Positions 20,736 through 30,535 of a stretch of DNA of 64,000 nt are shown here, piece after piece (position 1 is the stretch's first letter; each line of letters opens with the position of its first letter). The notes below the pieces were generated by a model. That model was not told the origin of the DNA. It worked only from the letters and a program-made list of their open reading frames with translations, and did no database searches. The stretch comes from Spirochaetia bacterium (GTDB lineage Bacteria; Spirochaetota; Spirochaetia; UBA9216): contig CAXXYH010000004.1 of assembly GCA_963677925.2 (NCBI GenBank), positions 1,120,001-1,184,000 of the forward strand. Direction: 5' to 3'. Position numbers and translations under genes: made by a program.

Positions 20736-20788
20736 ATTAAGAATCCAGACCTAACTCCGTTGAACGGTCTGGATGTCGGGTCCAAAGC

Positions 20789-20882
20789 ATAAAACAGGGG
20801 CTATGTGTATCGTCGCTATGCGCTCCTCGGGCTGCGCCACATACGGCTACGCCGTACGTCACATAACACCGGGACGTTATGA
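20789..20882 (+). repeat. attC-like site 1
   Basis: ataaaac-aggggctatgtg...cacataacacc-gggac-gttatga. Confidence 0.88.
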
Positions 20883-20993
20883 GCAATAAGCCCGACAAGT
20901 AAAAGACGCCCGGACCTCCGGCCGACGGGCAAAGAGAGACAGTGTGATAAAATATTATACTAAAAAAGTAAATATAGAATTAAGGGTTTTCAT

Positions 20994-21587
20994 ATGAAAA
21001 AAATAATATGTGTTCTAATCCTTTACATATTATCTATTTTTAGTTGTGTTACAACAGAAACTGTAAATATCAAGAAAGATAGTATGGAAAAGAGTGATTC
21101 TGTCTCTAAAGAAGAATTCAAAATTAGCATAAAAGAATTTGATGATATTTCAAAATATAAAAAGCTTATAAATTTATATGCATTTAAATATAGTGATGAG
21201 AGCAATACAGAATTTCGAGTTTTTACAGGTAGATGTTCAGCTTTTGTCAGGGACAATGGATATTCATCAATATTGCTGAACAATTCTGATGAGAGAGAAA
21301 TAATAAATAGTTATGAAGGTGATTATGAAAAAATTGCTATTATAAATGTCCATACAGTTGATTTAGATAAAGAAAATGGGAAAATTATAATAATCATGTT
21401 TGGAATAAATGATGATGATAAAGAAAAAATATTGTATGTACCTTTTTGGATTGCTACAGCAGAAGGTAAAAGTGTTGAGATTTTGAAATTAAAAAGTAGA
21501 GAAGAAGTTGGAAAATACATGATAGATTGTTTTTTTAATAATATGGAAATTTCTAATGAGTTGATTTATACATTAAGTGGAAATTAG
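20994..21587 (+). CDS. Cassette 2: hypothetical lipoprotein
   Basis: MKK + hydrophobic core + IFSC lipobox. Confidence 0.8.
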   Translation: MKKIICVLILYILSIFSCVTTETVNIKKDSMEKSDSVSKEEFKISIKEFDDISKYKKLINLYAFKYSDESNTEFRVFTGRCSAFVRDNGYSSILLNNSDEREIINSYEGDYEKIAIINVHTVDLDKENGKIIIIMFGINDDDKEKILYVPFWIATAEGKSVEILKLKSREEVGKYMIDCFFNNMEISNELIYTLSGN

Positions 21588-21660
21588 ATTATTCATAACA
21601 ATGAAGGATAAAGAATCCAGCCCTAACTCCGTTGGACGGTCTGGATGTCGGGCTTAAAGC

Positions 21661-21755
21661 TCATAACAGGGGCTATGTGCTTCGTCGCTATACGCTCCTC
21701 GGGCTGCGCCACATACGGCATTCGCCGTACGTCACATAACCCCGGGACGTTATAG
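21661..21755 (+). repeat. attC-like site 2
   Basis: tcataac...cccgggac-gttatag. Confidence 0.9.
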
Positions 21756-21848
21756 CGCAATGAGCCTGACAAGATGAAAATCGCCCGGACCTCCGGCCGA
21801 CGGGCGAAGATATATATATGCTAAGTATCCAAAAAAGGTGATATGTAA

Positions 21849-22385
21849 ATGAATTATCAAACAGTCTATGATATTTCTAAATCTTCTTATAATTGGGTAT
21901 TCCCCTTTTTAGGAATACTTATAACCATTTTATTAATAATTTTTACTAAAGTGGTAAGAAGAAACTTGAAAGTTTTAAATAGGATAGAGGCAGAAAAAGA
22001 AAAAAAGGAAATTTTCTATAATTTTAATAATCCATATGTGAGTAATATGTTGAGACGATTACCCATGGTTTTCACGATATTGGCTTCTATAGCGACCGTT
22101 TTTATAACTTATGGATCTATAAATTATTATGTGAAATTAAATGAAGTGATTCAAAATCAAGAGTATTCAGTTGTTGAAGATAAAATAAAAATTATTAATA
22201 AGTTTGAAACAAATAGAATTCAAAATTTCAAAGTTGGAAAATTTATTTTTAATGTTGCGGATATAAACTCCATCAGAATCTCATTTTGGAAATCTGGAAC
22301 ATATGAAGATTTTTTAGTTGAAGGTCAAGATGTTAAAGTTTATTTTTATGGAAAGTATATTTTGCGTGTTGATTTAATGAAATGA
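21849..22385 (+). CDS. Cassette 3: hypothetical two-TM membrane protein
   Basis: Two hydrophobic segments; RBS aggtga. Confidence 0.75.
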   Translation: MNYQTVYDISKSSYNWVFPFLGILITILLIIFTKVVRRNLKVLNRIEAEKEKKEIFYNFNNPYVSNMLRRLPMVFTILASIATVFITYGSINYYVKLNEVIQNQEYSVVEDKIKIINKFETNRIQNFKVGKFIFNVADINSIRISFWKSGTYEDFLVEGQDVKVYFYGKYILRVDLMK

Positions 22386-22520
22386 ATATGCATGCAAAAT
22401 TTCTATTCATATAGTTACTATTAAAGAGTAATTACTAAGAAATTTGAGTATTATTTTAGCATATAAGAGTGGGAATCCAGACCTAACTCCGTTGAACGGT
22501 CTGGATGTCAGGCTCAAAGC

Positions 22521-22843
22521 GCATAACAGGGGCTATATGCTCGTCGCTAAACGCTCCTTGGGCTTCGCCACATTTTTATTTTCTGAATTGGGTAATTGGG
22601 TACAGCATTTAACAAGAGATTTGGAGTAGTCAAAACCTTTGTCACAGTTCTGGCTAAAGACACTCCGCGCTGATCGCGCTACGTTCCAGAACTGCGCCAA
22701 GCCTCGGAGACTCGGCCGGTTTCGCTACTCAAATCGTCGTTAAATGCACAGAAATGTGCCAATAGTTTATGATTGAGAAATACGGGTAAGTGGTGGTAAA
22801 ATTAAGAAAAATAAAAACGTCATATAACCCCGGGGCGTTATGA
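22521..22843 (+). repeat. Long attC-like site 3 with a nested attC
   Basis: Same outer stem as the short sites; contains gcatttaac (22605)...gttaaatgc (22747). Confidence 0.88.
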
Positions 22844-22960
22844 GCAATGAGCCCAACAAGAGGAAGACGCCCGGACCTCCGGCCGACGGGCGAAGAATCG
22901 ATTGGTTTGATTTTTATAACTGATAAGTGATGTCAAAAGTAATATAAAGAATAGGTTGGT

Positions 22961-23680
22961 ATGGATATACAAGAGGATAAAGTAAATAATAATTTGATTG
23001 CGCAAGATTTAGAATTAGGAGTAATAACTATGGGGGCAGCAACGATTGATCAAAGACATAATTTTGCATACCAACATATGCACTCAGCTATTGAATTTAG
23101 GAATCAAACTTATAAAATTGAAGAAGATAATAAAAACGAAAAATTTGGATATTTTTTTGAGTTGATTAGAACATATGTAAGTGGTTGTATATTCTTTTCA
23201 GTGGCTTCAGTAGAGGCAAATATAAATGAAATTATATGTGATATTATTGAAAATAAAATAAAATTAGGTGAGTTTGAAAAAAAGAAAATTATTGAAATAA
23301 ATGATAGAGAGTCTACTCTTAAAAAATACGAAATCATATTAAACGAGGTAATGAAGTTTGAATTATCAAAAGATAAAGAAATTTATCAAAATATGAAAAT
23401 TTTAATAGATGTAAGAAATGCTTTTACTCATTTCAAACCAGAATGGGAATCAAATCAGAAATGGCATGATAAAATTGGAAGAAAATTATCTGGGAAAATC
23501 AAGATGACTCCATACATAGAAGATAGCAGTCCGATTTTTCCGATGCGTTGCATGACTTATGATTTTTGTTGTTGGTCCACAATATCAAGTTATAATTTTA
23601 TGAAAGAAATTTTTAGTTTACTATCAATAAGAAATAAATTTGAGAAATTTGAAGAAACAATTTATAAGGGTAGTAATTAA
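22961..23680 (+). CDS. Cassette 4: putative HEPN-domain protein
   Basis: Helical protein with SVEANIN and an RNAFTH (Rx4H) motif. Confidence 0.6.
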   Translation: MDIQEDKVNNNLIAQDLELGVITMGAATIDQRHNFAYQHMHSAIEFRNQTYKIEEDNKNEKFGYFFELIRTYVSGCIFFSVASVEANINEIICDIIENKIKLGEFEKKKIIEINDRESTLKKYEIILNEVMKFELSKDKEIYQNMKILIDVRNAFTHFKPEWESNQKWHDKIGRKLSGKIKMTPYIEDSSPIFPMRCMTYDFCCWSTISSYNFMKEIFSLLSIRNKFEKFEETIYKGSN

Positions 23681-23761
23681 TATAATTATATAGCTTATTT
23701 TTATAGTGTAAGGGAATCCAGACCTATCTCCGTCGAACGGTCTGGATGTTGGGCTCAAAGC

Positions 23762-24085
23762 GCATAACAGGGGCTATATGCATCGTCGCTAAATGCTCCT
23801 CGGGCTGCGCCACATTTTTATTTTGTAATTGGGTTAATAGGGTATAGCATTTAACAAAAGATTTGGAGTAGTCACAACCTTTGTCACAGTTCTGGCTAAA
23901 GACACTCCGCGCTGATCGCGCTGCGTTCCAGAACTGCGCCAAGCCTCGGTGACTCGGCCGGTTTCGCTACTCAAATCGTCGTTAAATGCACAGACATGTG
24001 CCAATAGTTTATGATTGTGAAATACGGGTAAGTGGTGGTAAAATTAAGAAAAATAAAAACGTCATATAACCCCGGGACGTTAGCT
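23762..24085 (+). repeat. Long attC-like site 4 with a nested attC
   Basis: Near-identical to site 3; inner element at 23847-23989. Confidence 0.88.
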
Positions 24086-24213
24086 GCAATTTCGGTCATG
24101 GTAATTATCTAATTAGTAGGAGCCCGCCTTCCATGGCGGTCAGGATAGAAGAAGTAAATATCTACATTTTGATACATTTTTTAAATAAACAATCTAAATA
24201 ATAAGGAATTTTA

Positions 24214-24933
24214 ATGAAAAAAAAGAGAATTATATCAATACTTCTATGTCTTTTTTCAACATCGGTCTATGCAGAAACAAATGATGTTCCAAATGGAATG
24301 ATCATAGAATCATCTTCTAATAATGGACAATCAATTCTTGTAAGAAAACATGACCAAGTTTTGACGATTGATTACTCTGCGCACGATTTTCAAATGGTTA
24401 TTTATGATTCTCCAATAAATAAAGAAAAAATTGGGGAATTGAAAAAGAAGGATGTAATACGAATAAAAGAAATACATATTATTGATGATAACGAAATGTG
24501 GTTTAAAATTTCTGCTTCTGAGAAAAATGGTTATATCTTATTTAAAATTGGTGAAAATATTTATGATTTCTACGCTGATAATTTATGGCAACCAGTAGAA
24601 ACTATTCAGAGTGGGGAGCAAACTTGGCATACATTAAAATGTAATCAGAGTTTTATTGTTTATACTAATTTGTTTATTCGTGATAAACCTGGATTTGGTG
24701 GGGAAAAAATAGGAATGATAACTGCAAATAATAGCAATTCCGAAATAGTAAGCACTTCAGAAGTTACTGTTGAAAAAGAGAAGATTGATGGAAAAACTGA
24801 ACGCTGGGCTAAAATTGAATATTAAGGACTAATTGGTTGGGTATTTGCAGGTTATTTGAGTTATGAAAGAGGTGGGCCTAGGTTTAATACTCCCGAATCA
24901 ATGATAGCAATGAGTCTTGGCGCAGGTATTTAA
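24214..24933 (+). pseudogene. Cassette 5: secreted SH3b-domain protein with an in-frame stop
   Basis: Signal peptide; IRDKPG...WAKIEY*GLIGWVFAGYL reads through TAA 24823-24825 to a stop at 24933. Confidence 0.8.
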
Positions 24934-25040
24934 ATTTTTAGATATTATTATAATTCGTGGAAATTTAAATTGTTTTACAGAGTCAAATACATCCTTGTAT
25001 TTGACAGAATTAATCACTTGACAACCATGACGGAAACAGC

Positions 25041-25367
25041 AGCTAACAGGGGTTATTTGCTTCGTCGCTATGTGCTCCTCGGGCTTCGCAACATTTTTAT
25101 TTTTGTAAATGGACGATATGACAAAAGGCATTTAACAATGATTTGCAGCAGTCCTGGCTATTTTCACGGTTTTAGCTAAAGACGTTCCGCGCTGATCGCG
25201 CTGCACTCTAAAACCGAGCCAATGCCGTAGGAGACTACGGCCGCCAGGCAGCTGAAATCGGCGTTAAATGCACAGACATGTGCCAATAGTTTATGATTGA
25301 GAAATACGGGTAAGTGGTGGTAAAATTAAGAAAAATAAAAACGTCATATAACCCCGGGACGTTATAC
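25041..25367 (+). repeat. Long attC-like site 5 with a nested attC
   Basis: agctaac...gttatac; inner element at 25128-25271. Confidence 0.88.
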
Positions 25368-25399
25368 GACATATCACATATCTAAAATGGAGTAAAAAA

Positions 25400-25807
25400 G
25401 TGAGTGAAAGACCGTTTAAAGAAAAATCGAATGAACCTACAAACGAAAAAATAAATGAAGCACTCGGTGCTGTTTCCGAATATTATCATGATTTAAATAA
25501 ATTGACAAAAGATTTTCAACACACCTGGAATCATTCAAAATCCAGTGGCTGGATGGAAAAAGTAGAAGATAATAAAAAAGCTCTTTACTATTTTATTCCG
25601 TTGAATGATTCCTTTATTCTGAGTATGGCTATTAGAGAAAATGAAAAAGAATATTTTGAGTCTAAAGAGGGTATGGTAAAATATAAAGATATAGTATCAA
25701 CCGCCAGAAAATATTCGGAAGGATATAATATAAAATTTGAGGTAGAAAACTCTGAGCAATACGATTTTTCAAAAGAGTTTGTAAAAGAAATAATTGCTCA
25801 AAGGTAG
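25400..25807 (+). CDS. Cassette 6: DUF3788-like protein
   Basis: PTNEKINEALG...W...GW...KKALYYFIP pattern; GTG start with RBS ggag. Confidence 0.7.
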   Translation: MSERPFKEKSNEPTNEKINEALGAVSEYYHDLNKLTKDFQHTWNHSKSSGWMEKVEDNKKALYYFIPLNDSFILSMAIRENEKEYFESKEGMVKYKDIVSTARKYSEGYNIKFEVENSEQYDFSKEFVKEIIAQR

Positions 25808-25821
25808 ATATGTGAAACGTC

Positions 25822-25915
25822 GTATAACAGGGGCTATGTGCTTCGTCGCTATACGCTCCTCGGGCTGCGCCACATACGGCTTCGCCGTACGTCACATAAC
25901 CCCGGAACGTTATCT
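25822..25915 (+). repeat. attC-like site 6
   Basis: gtataac...cccggaac-gttatct. Confidence 0.9.
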
Positions 25916-25977
25916 GACATACCCAGAAAAGTTCCGACCCTCACCATCCGTGGTTCGGGTTTTAAGAAGAAGAGAAA

Positions 25978-26724
25978 ATGAATATTGAATGTATTATTAA
26001 AGAAGCTGGAAGAAAGTTAAAGAACGAATATTTGGAAACGCCTCTTGTCTCAGTTAAAGAAAGATATGATTTAGTAAGTCAAAGTGATAAGAGGATTGAA
26101 GAGGAATTAATAAAAGAGATTATAAAGTTGTTTCCAAATGATGATATTTATTCAGAAGAAATTGGAGAAATTAAGAATGAAGGAAGATCAAGATGGATTA
26201 TAGATCCAATTGATGGAACCGCTGATTTTATTTTTGGAGTCCCGTACTTTGCAATATCAATCGCAAAAGAAGTAGATGGGATAATTGAAGAAGGTTATGT
26301 ATATAATCCAATATCGGAAGAGTTTTATAAATCAATTAAAAATGAAAGAAAATCCTACCTCAATGATGTAGAAATAAAAGTTTCAGAAAAAAATGTAATT
26401 GAAGAATCTTTAATTGCTTTCGGATTTAGTGCCAATGAAGAGAATATGAATTTATATCTTTCTGAATGGTCTAATCTCATGAATGATTGTAGAAAGGCAA
26501 TGCCATTAATCACTCCTGCATTAACAATTTGTAATGTCGCAAGAGGAAGGATCGACGCTTACATAGATTTTGGTTCAAGTATGGAAGGAAAAGCTGCTGC
26601 CAGTATGATATTGCTGAATGCAGGAGGAAGTATTCGGAATTATTATAGAGAGGGTTTTGATCATAGAGAAAAAGGACATATATGTAGCAATGGAAGATTG
26701 GATCTTGAAGAAGGAAGAGGTTAG
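25978..26724 (+). CDS. Cassette 7: inositol monophosphatase family protein
   Basis: SEE and WIIDPIDGT motifs; VARGRIDAY. Confidence 0.9.
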   Translation: MNIECIIKEAGRKLKNEYLETPLVSVKERYDLVSQSDKRIEEELIKEIIKLFPNDDIYSEEIGEIKNEGRSRWIIDPIDGTADFIFGVPYFAISIAKEVDGIIEEGYVYNPISEEFYKSIKNERKSYLNDVEIKVSEKNVIEESLIAFGFSANEENMNLYLSEWSNLMNDCRKAMPLITPALTICNVARGRIDAYIDFGSSMEGKAAASMILLNAGGSIRNYYREGFDHREKGHICSNGRLDLEEGRG

Positions 26725-26783
26725 GAAGAAAAATAAGTACATCCCTGTACTTATTTTAGAGGTATAATAAAAATGGGTACGTC

Positions 26784-26875
26784 AGATAACAAGGGTTACA
26801 CGCTCCGGCCATACGGCCTGCGGGCTGAGCCACATTCGGCTACACCGAACGTCGTGTAACCCTGGAACGTTATCT
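26784..26875 (+). repeat. attC-like site 7
   Basis: agataac-aagggttacac...gtgtaaccct-ggaac-gttatct. Confidence 0.88.
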
Positions 26876-26990
26876 GCAATGTTTCCGCCAAGAGGAAGAT
26901 GCCCGGACCTCCGGCCGACGGGCGAAGAAGAATGAGGTTTGAATATACTAATTAGTGAGATAAGATAAAATAAAAAAATGAGGTAGCATT

Positions 26991-27560
26991 ATGAAAGTGT
27001 TTATTTTAACTGTTTTAGGAGTAGTCTCAACAAGAATTTTGGATTTATTCACTACATATAAAATTACTCCGGATTTAGAGAAAGAAAGTAATTTATTTGT
27101 AAAGTTGCTTGGGGAAACTGGAGGTTGGGCAGCGATTTGGATATTTCAAGCAATTGTAGTAATTTTACTTCTCTATTTAGAATATTTAAGAATAAAAAGT
27201 CCAACCGTCGAATATGTAGAAGATGAGGGTTTGAAATTTAAAGAATATTTTTCATTAAATTATTCGAGTAAGAAAGATGATTTAATAAAATCAGTAATGA
27301 ATTTACCATTAAAGAAGAGGTTGATGATCGATCTATTAGGATATATTGGTACAAGAACTTTACTATTTGGAACAATTCCTGTCTGTTTATCAAGTCTGTT
27401 TGCGATTTTAAACTCTTCTTATCGAAGTTTCTATGTAGATAATAGTTTATGGAGAATACTGTATTTAATAATGGCAGTAGTATTAGTGAGTTTTTATATA
27501 AGATTTTTTTGGATAAGATTTAAGGATTATGAGAAGAAAGATATTTTAAAGAAAATGTAA
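26991..27560 (+). CDS. Cassette 8: hypothetical multi-TM protein
   Basis: Four hydrophobic segments; RBS gaggt. Confidence 0.75.
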   Translation: MKVFILTVLGVVSTRILDLFTTYKITPDLEKESNLFVKLLGETGGWAAIWIFQAIVVILLLYLEYLRIKSPTVEYVEDEGLKFKEYFSLNYSSKKDDLIKSVMNLPLKKRLMIDLLGYIGTRTLLFGTIPVCLSSLFAILNSSYRSFYVDNSLWRILYLIMAVVLVSFYIRFFWIRFKDYEKKDILKKM

Positions 27561-27637
27561 GAAAGAGAGAAAGAGAGAAAGAGAGAAACCAGCCCTGGCT
27601 CCGCCGTACGGTCTGGCTGAAGAGGCGGAAACACAGC

Positions 27638-27816
27638 AGATAACAGCGGCTATGTGCGGCGTCGCTAAACGCTCCTTGGCCTACGGCATATTTTGTTTTG
27701 GCATCGCTTTTGCGAAGAGGTAGAAAAATATAGGGTAAAGGCGTCGAATGCAAAAGTGCTGCCAATCGGCCTGTAGGGCCGACCACAAAACATCACATAA
27801 CCGCGGGACGTTATAG
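27638..27816 (+). repeat. attC-like site 8 (extended apical arm)
   Basis: agataac-agcggctatgtg...cacataaccgc-gggac-gttatag. Confidence 0.85.
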
Positions 27817-27930
27817 GAAATATTTTGGCTAAGAGAAAGACGCCCGGACCTCCGGCCGACGGGCAATAAGGAAAAAAAGAATAAATTTTAAAATTGATAT
27901 ATTATGTCAATATATAAGAAATGAAACGTA

Positions 27931-29057
27931 TTGAAAAGGATTCTATTATTTTTATTATTATTAGGAATAACCTCATGTAAAAACTTTTTTCCATATTATC
28001 AAAATGGATACCATTTCAATCAAATATTTTCTAAAGATACAAAACTTATTTTAGATGAAAAAGCAGATTCATTCTCTGCGTTTATATCTGAGACTTCTAA
28101 AGTTTTAGTATATTATAGTACTGATGGGATGGTGCACTTGATAGATTTGGAAGGATTGATTGAAGTTTCCACCATCCCTTGGGTTGATAATTCAAATTAT
28201 TATAATGATATTGTTCCTGATTTTAAACAATTGTATATTTATGAAAATTATTTGTATCTTCTAGGGTCAACAGATTGTCTGGTATATTTGATTGAGGATA
28301 TATCAAATCCATCTTTTAAATATTCTATTAGTGAAAATAATACCTATAATTTAAACACTACCTATTATTTAAGTTTAAGATGTATGGATAATAAAATATA
28401 TATTTTAGATTCTAATTCATTTTCATACTATAAACTATTATTAATTTTGGATGCAGATAATATGCTAGAAATTGAAAGACATTATTTAGATTCTTTTGAA
28501 GGAGTAATTGATAAAGAAATTTACTTAAATTCAAATTATTTATACACTTTTTCAAGTGAGCTTAAAATTGATAAAGATGGTAATCCTTTTACAATAACAA
28601 ATCAAATGATTGTTTATGATATTACTGATATTTCTAATAATTATGAATTGGTCGATATAAATTCTATCAGTTTAGAGGACAATGGATTTAATATATATAA
28701 TGATATTATAGTAAGTGATGGAGCAATAGGTTTAAATTCAGAAGAGTATTTTTGGAGCATAATAAAATTAGATAGTGAAAAAAATATGAATTTCTACAAA
28801 AATGTAATTCAACAGATGAAATAAACTTGTTTAGTTATTTTGATTTAGATTTTGATTTTAATAATATTTTAATCGGGAATTATTTTGTTTATGATATAAG
28901 AGAGTTAAATAGTCCAAGATGGATTGGGACTATTGATGAGGATTTGAAAGACATCGAAGTTGTAAGAAAACTTCAAACTGGAGATAACTTATTTTTATTT
29001 GAAAAAGGTAGTGATAGTGAGAATGAAATAGCTTTAGTGAAGTATGCTTTTAATTGA
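27931..29057 (+). pseudogene. Cassette 9: LVIVD-repeat-like lipoprotein split by a frameshift
   Basis: ITSC lipobox; DISNP, YDITDI and YDIRELNSP repeats; the frame changes near the A run at about 28798-28802. Confidence 0.7.
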
Positions 29058-29156
29058 TAAAGTTTGTTTTGGGATACTGTTAAAGTTGAAAGTTGTATGT
29101 TTAAGAGTCCAGCCCTATCTCCGATGTACGGTCTGGCTCAAGAGCCAAAATACTTC

Positions 29157-29479
29157 CTATAACAGGGGCTATATGCTCAGCCCATTCGGGCTTCGGGCTG
29201 CGCCACATTTTTATTTTATGGATTGGGCTATTTGGGTATAGCATTTAACAAAAGTTTTGGAGCAGTCCTGGCTATTGTCATGATTCTGGCAGAGACGTTC
29301 CGCGCTGATCGCGCTGCACTCCAGAATCACGCCAATGCGCGCGAAGACACGCGCCGCCATGCAGCTCAAAACGTCGTTAAATGCACAGACATGCGCCAAT
29401 AGTTTGTGATTGGTAAATACGGGTAAGTGGTGGTAAAATTAAAAAAATAAAAACGTCATATAACCCCGGGACGTTATGC
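29157..29479 (+). repeat. Long attC-like site 9 with a nested attC
   Basis: ctataac...gttatgc; inner element at 29241-29384. Confidence 0.88.
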
Positions 29480-29950
29480 GGACATCGCCGGAGCATGGTT
29501 ATGGGGTGGAGAAAGTTCCGAACAAGAAGTGATTACCAAATAGTTTGCAATATTCAATTCGCCCTAGATTGAGGAAGATTTTTGATTTTGATTTGGATGT
29601 TGTTGGAAGAAGGTCGTTAAAATTGACGAAGCTTGTTCTGGCGTGAAAGAAAAAGTATTGTCTTAAAATTATCAAAATCTTTTTTGAAGATGGAGCAGGT
29701 TTTACCATTTTGCAAGTCTGATTCACTCGCATAGCTCGTTGACTTGCGACTTAATAAAAATGATTGTTTTACTTGCAAAGGGCGAATAGAATATTGAGAA
29801 GAAATAGAAAGAGAAGATTGTATAGATTATTTGATTGATCGGAATCTTTCTCTAATAAAGGCGACGTCGCATAACAGGGCACATGCGGCTACGGGGTCAA
29901 GCCCCTTCGCCCAAATTGGCCTGCGGCCAACTTCGCATATGCCCGGGACG
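29474..29950 (+). other. Cassette 10: ORF-less structured cassette (includes attC-like site 10, 29869-29956)
   Basis: No credible + strand ORF; nested inverted repeats; diverged tandem copy follows. Confidence 0.8.
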
Positions 29951-30426
29951 TTATGCGGACATCGCCGTAGCATGATCTTGGGGTGGAGAAAGTTCCGAAC
30001 CAGAAGTGATTACCAAATAGTTTGCAATATTCAATTCGCCCTGGATTGAGGGAGATTTTGGATTTTGATTTTGTGGTTGTCAGAAGAAAGCCGTTGCATC
30101 TGACGAAGTTTATTCTGACGTGGAAAAAAGTATTGTTTTATAATTATCAAAATCTGCTTCGTGGACTTGGCAGGGTTTTCCGTTTGGCAAGTCTGCCTCA
30201 CTCGCTTTGCTCGTTGACTTGCAGGTGAAATAAAAATGATTGTGAAAGTCGCAAAGGGCGAATAGAATATTGGGTAGAAATGGTAAGAGGAGATTTGTTA
30301 GGTCATTTGATTGATCGGAATCTTTCTCTAATAAAGGCGACGTCGCATAACAGGGCACATGCGGCTACGGGGGCAAGCCCCTTCGCCCAAATTGGCCTGC
30401 GGCCAACTTCGCATATGCCCGGGACG
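29951..30426 (+). other. Cassette 11: ORF-less structured cassette, paralogue of cassette 10 (includes attC-like site 11, 30345-30432)
   Basis: 476 bp versus 477 bp; stems conserved while linkers have diverged. Confidence 0.8.
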
Positions 30427-30500
30427 TTATAGGAAATGCCCATCAAAATCTTTGAAAGATCCTCGCCATCCATGGCTCGGTTTAGAAGAATAGAAAGAAG

Positions 30501-30529
30501 TTGACAATCCACTACAATGTAATTACAGT
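30501..30529 (+). promoter_or_regulatory. Sigma70 promoter of the brnT-brnA cassette
   Basis: TTGACA-17 bp-TACAGT, overlapping palindrome tgtaattaca. Confidence 0.7.
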
Positions 30530-30535
30530 ATAAAT

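Noticed and set aside
22573-22817. Group IIC-attC intron or IS insertion in the long att sites
   Set aside because: Only about 250 bp, with no reverse transcriptase or transposase ORF and no recognisable intron domain V.
22444-30358. Short ORFs overlapping att sites or the ORF-less cassettes (for example 22444, 23724, 24970, 25794, 27681, 29211, 29831, 30022)
   Set aside because: They are translations of the repeats, lack RBSs, and frames are not conserved between repeat copies.
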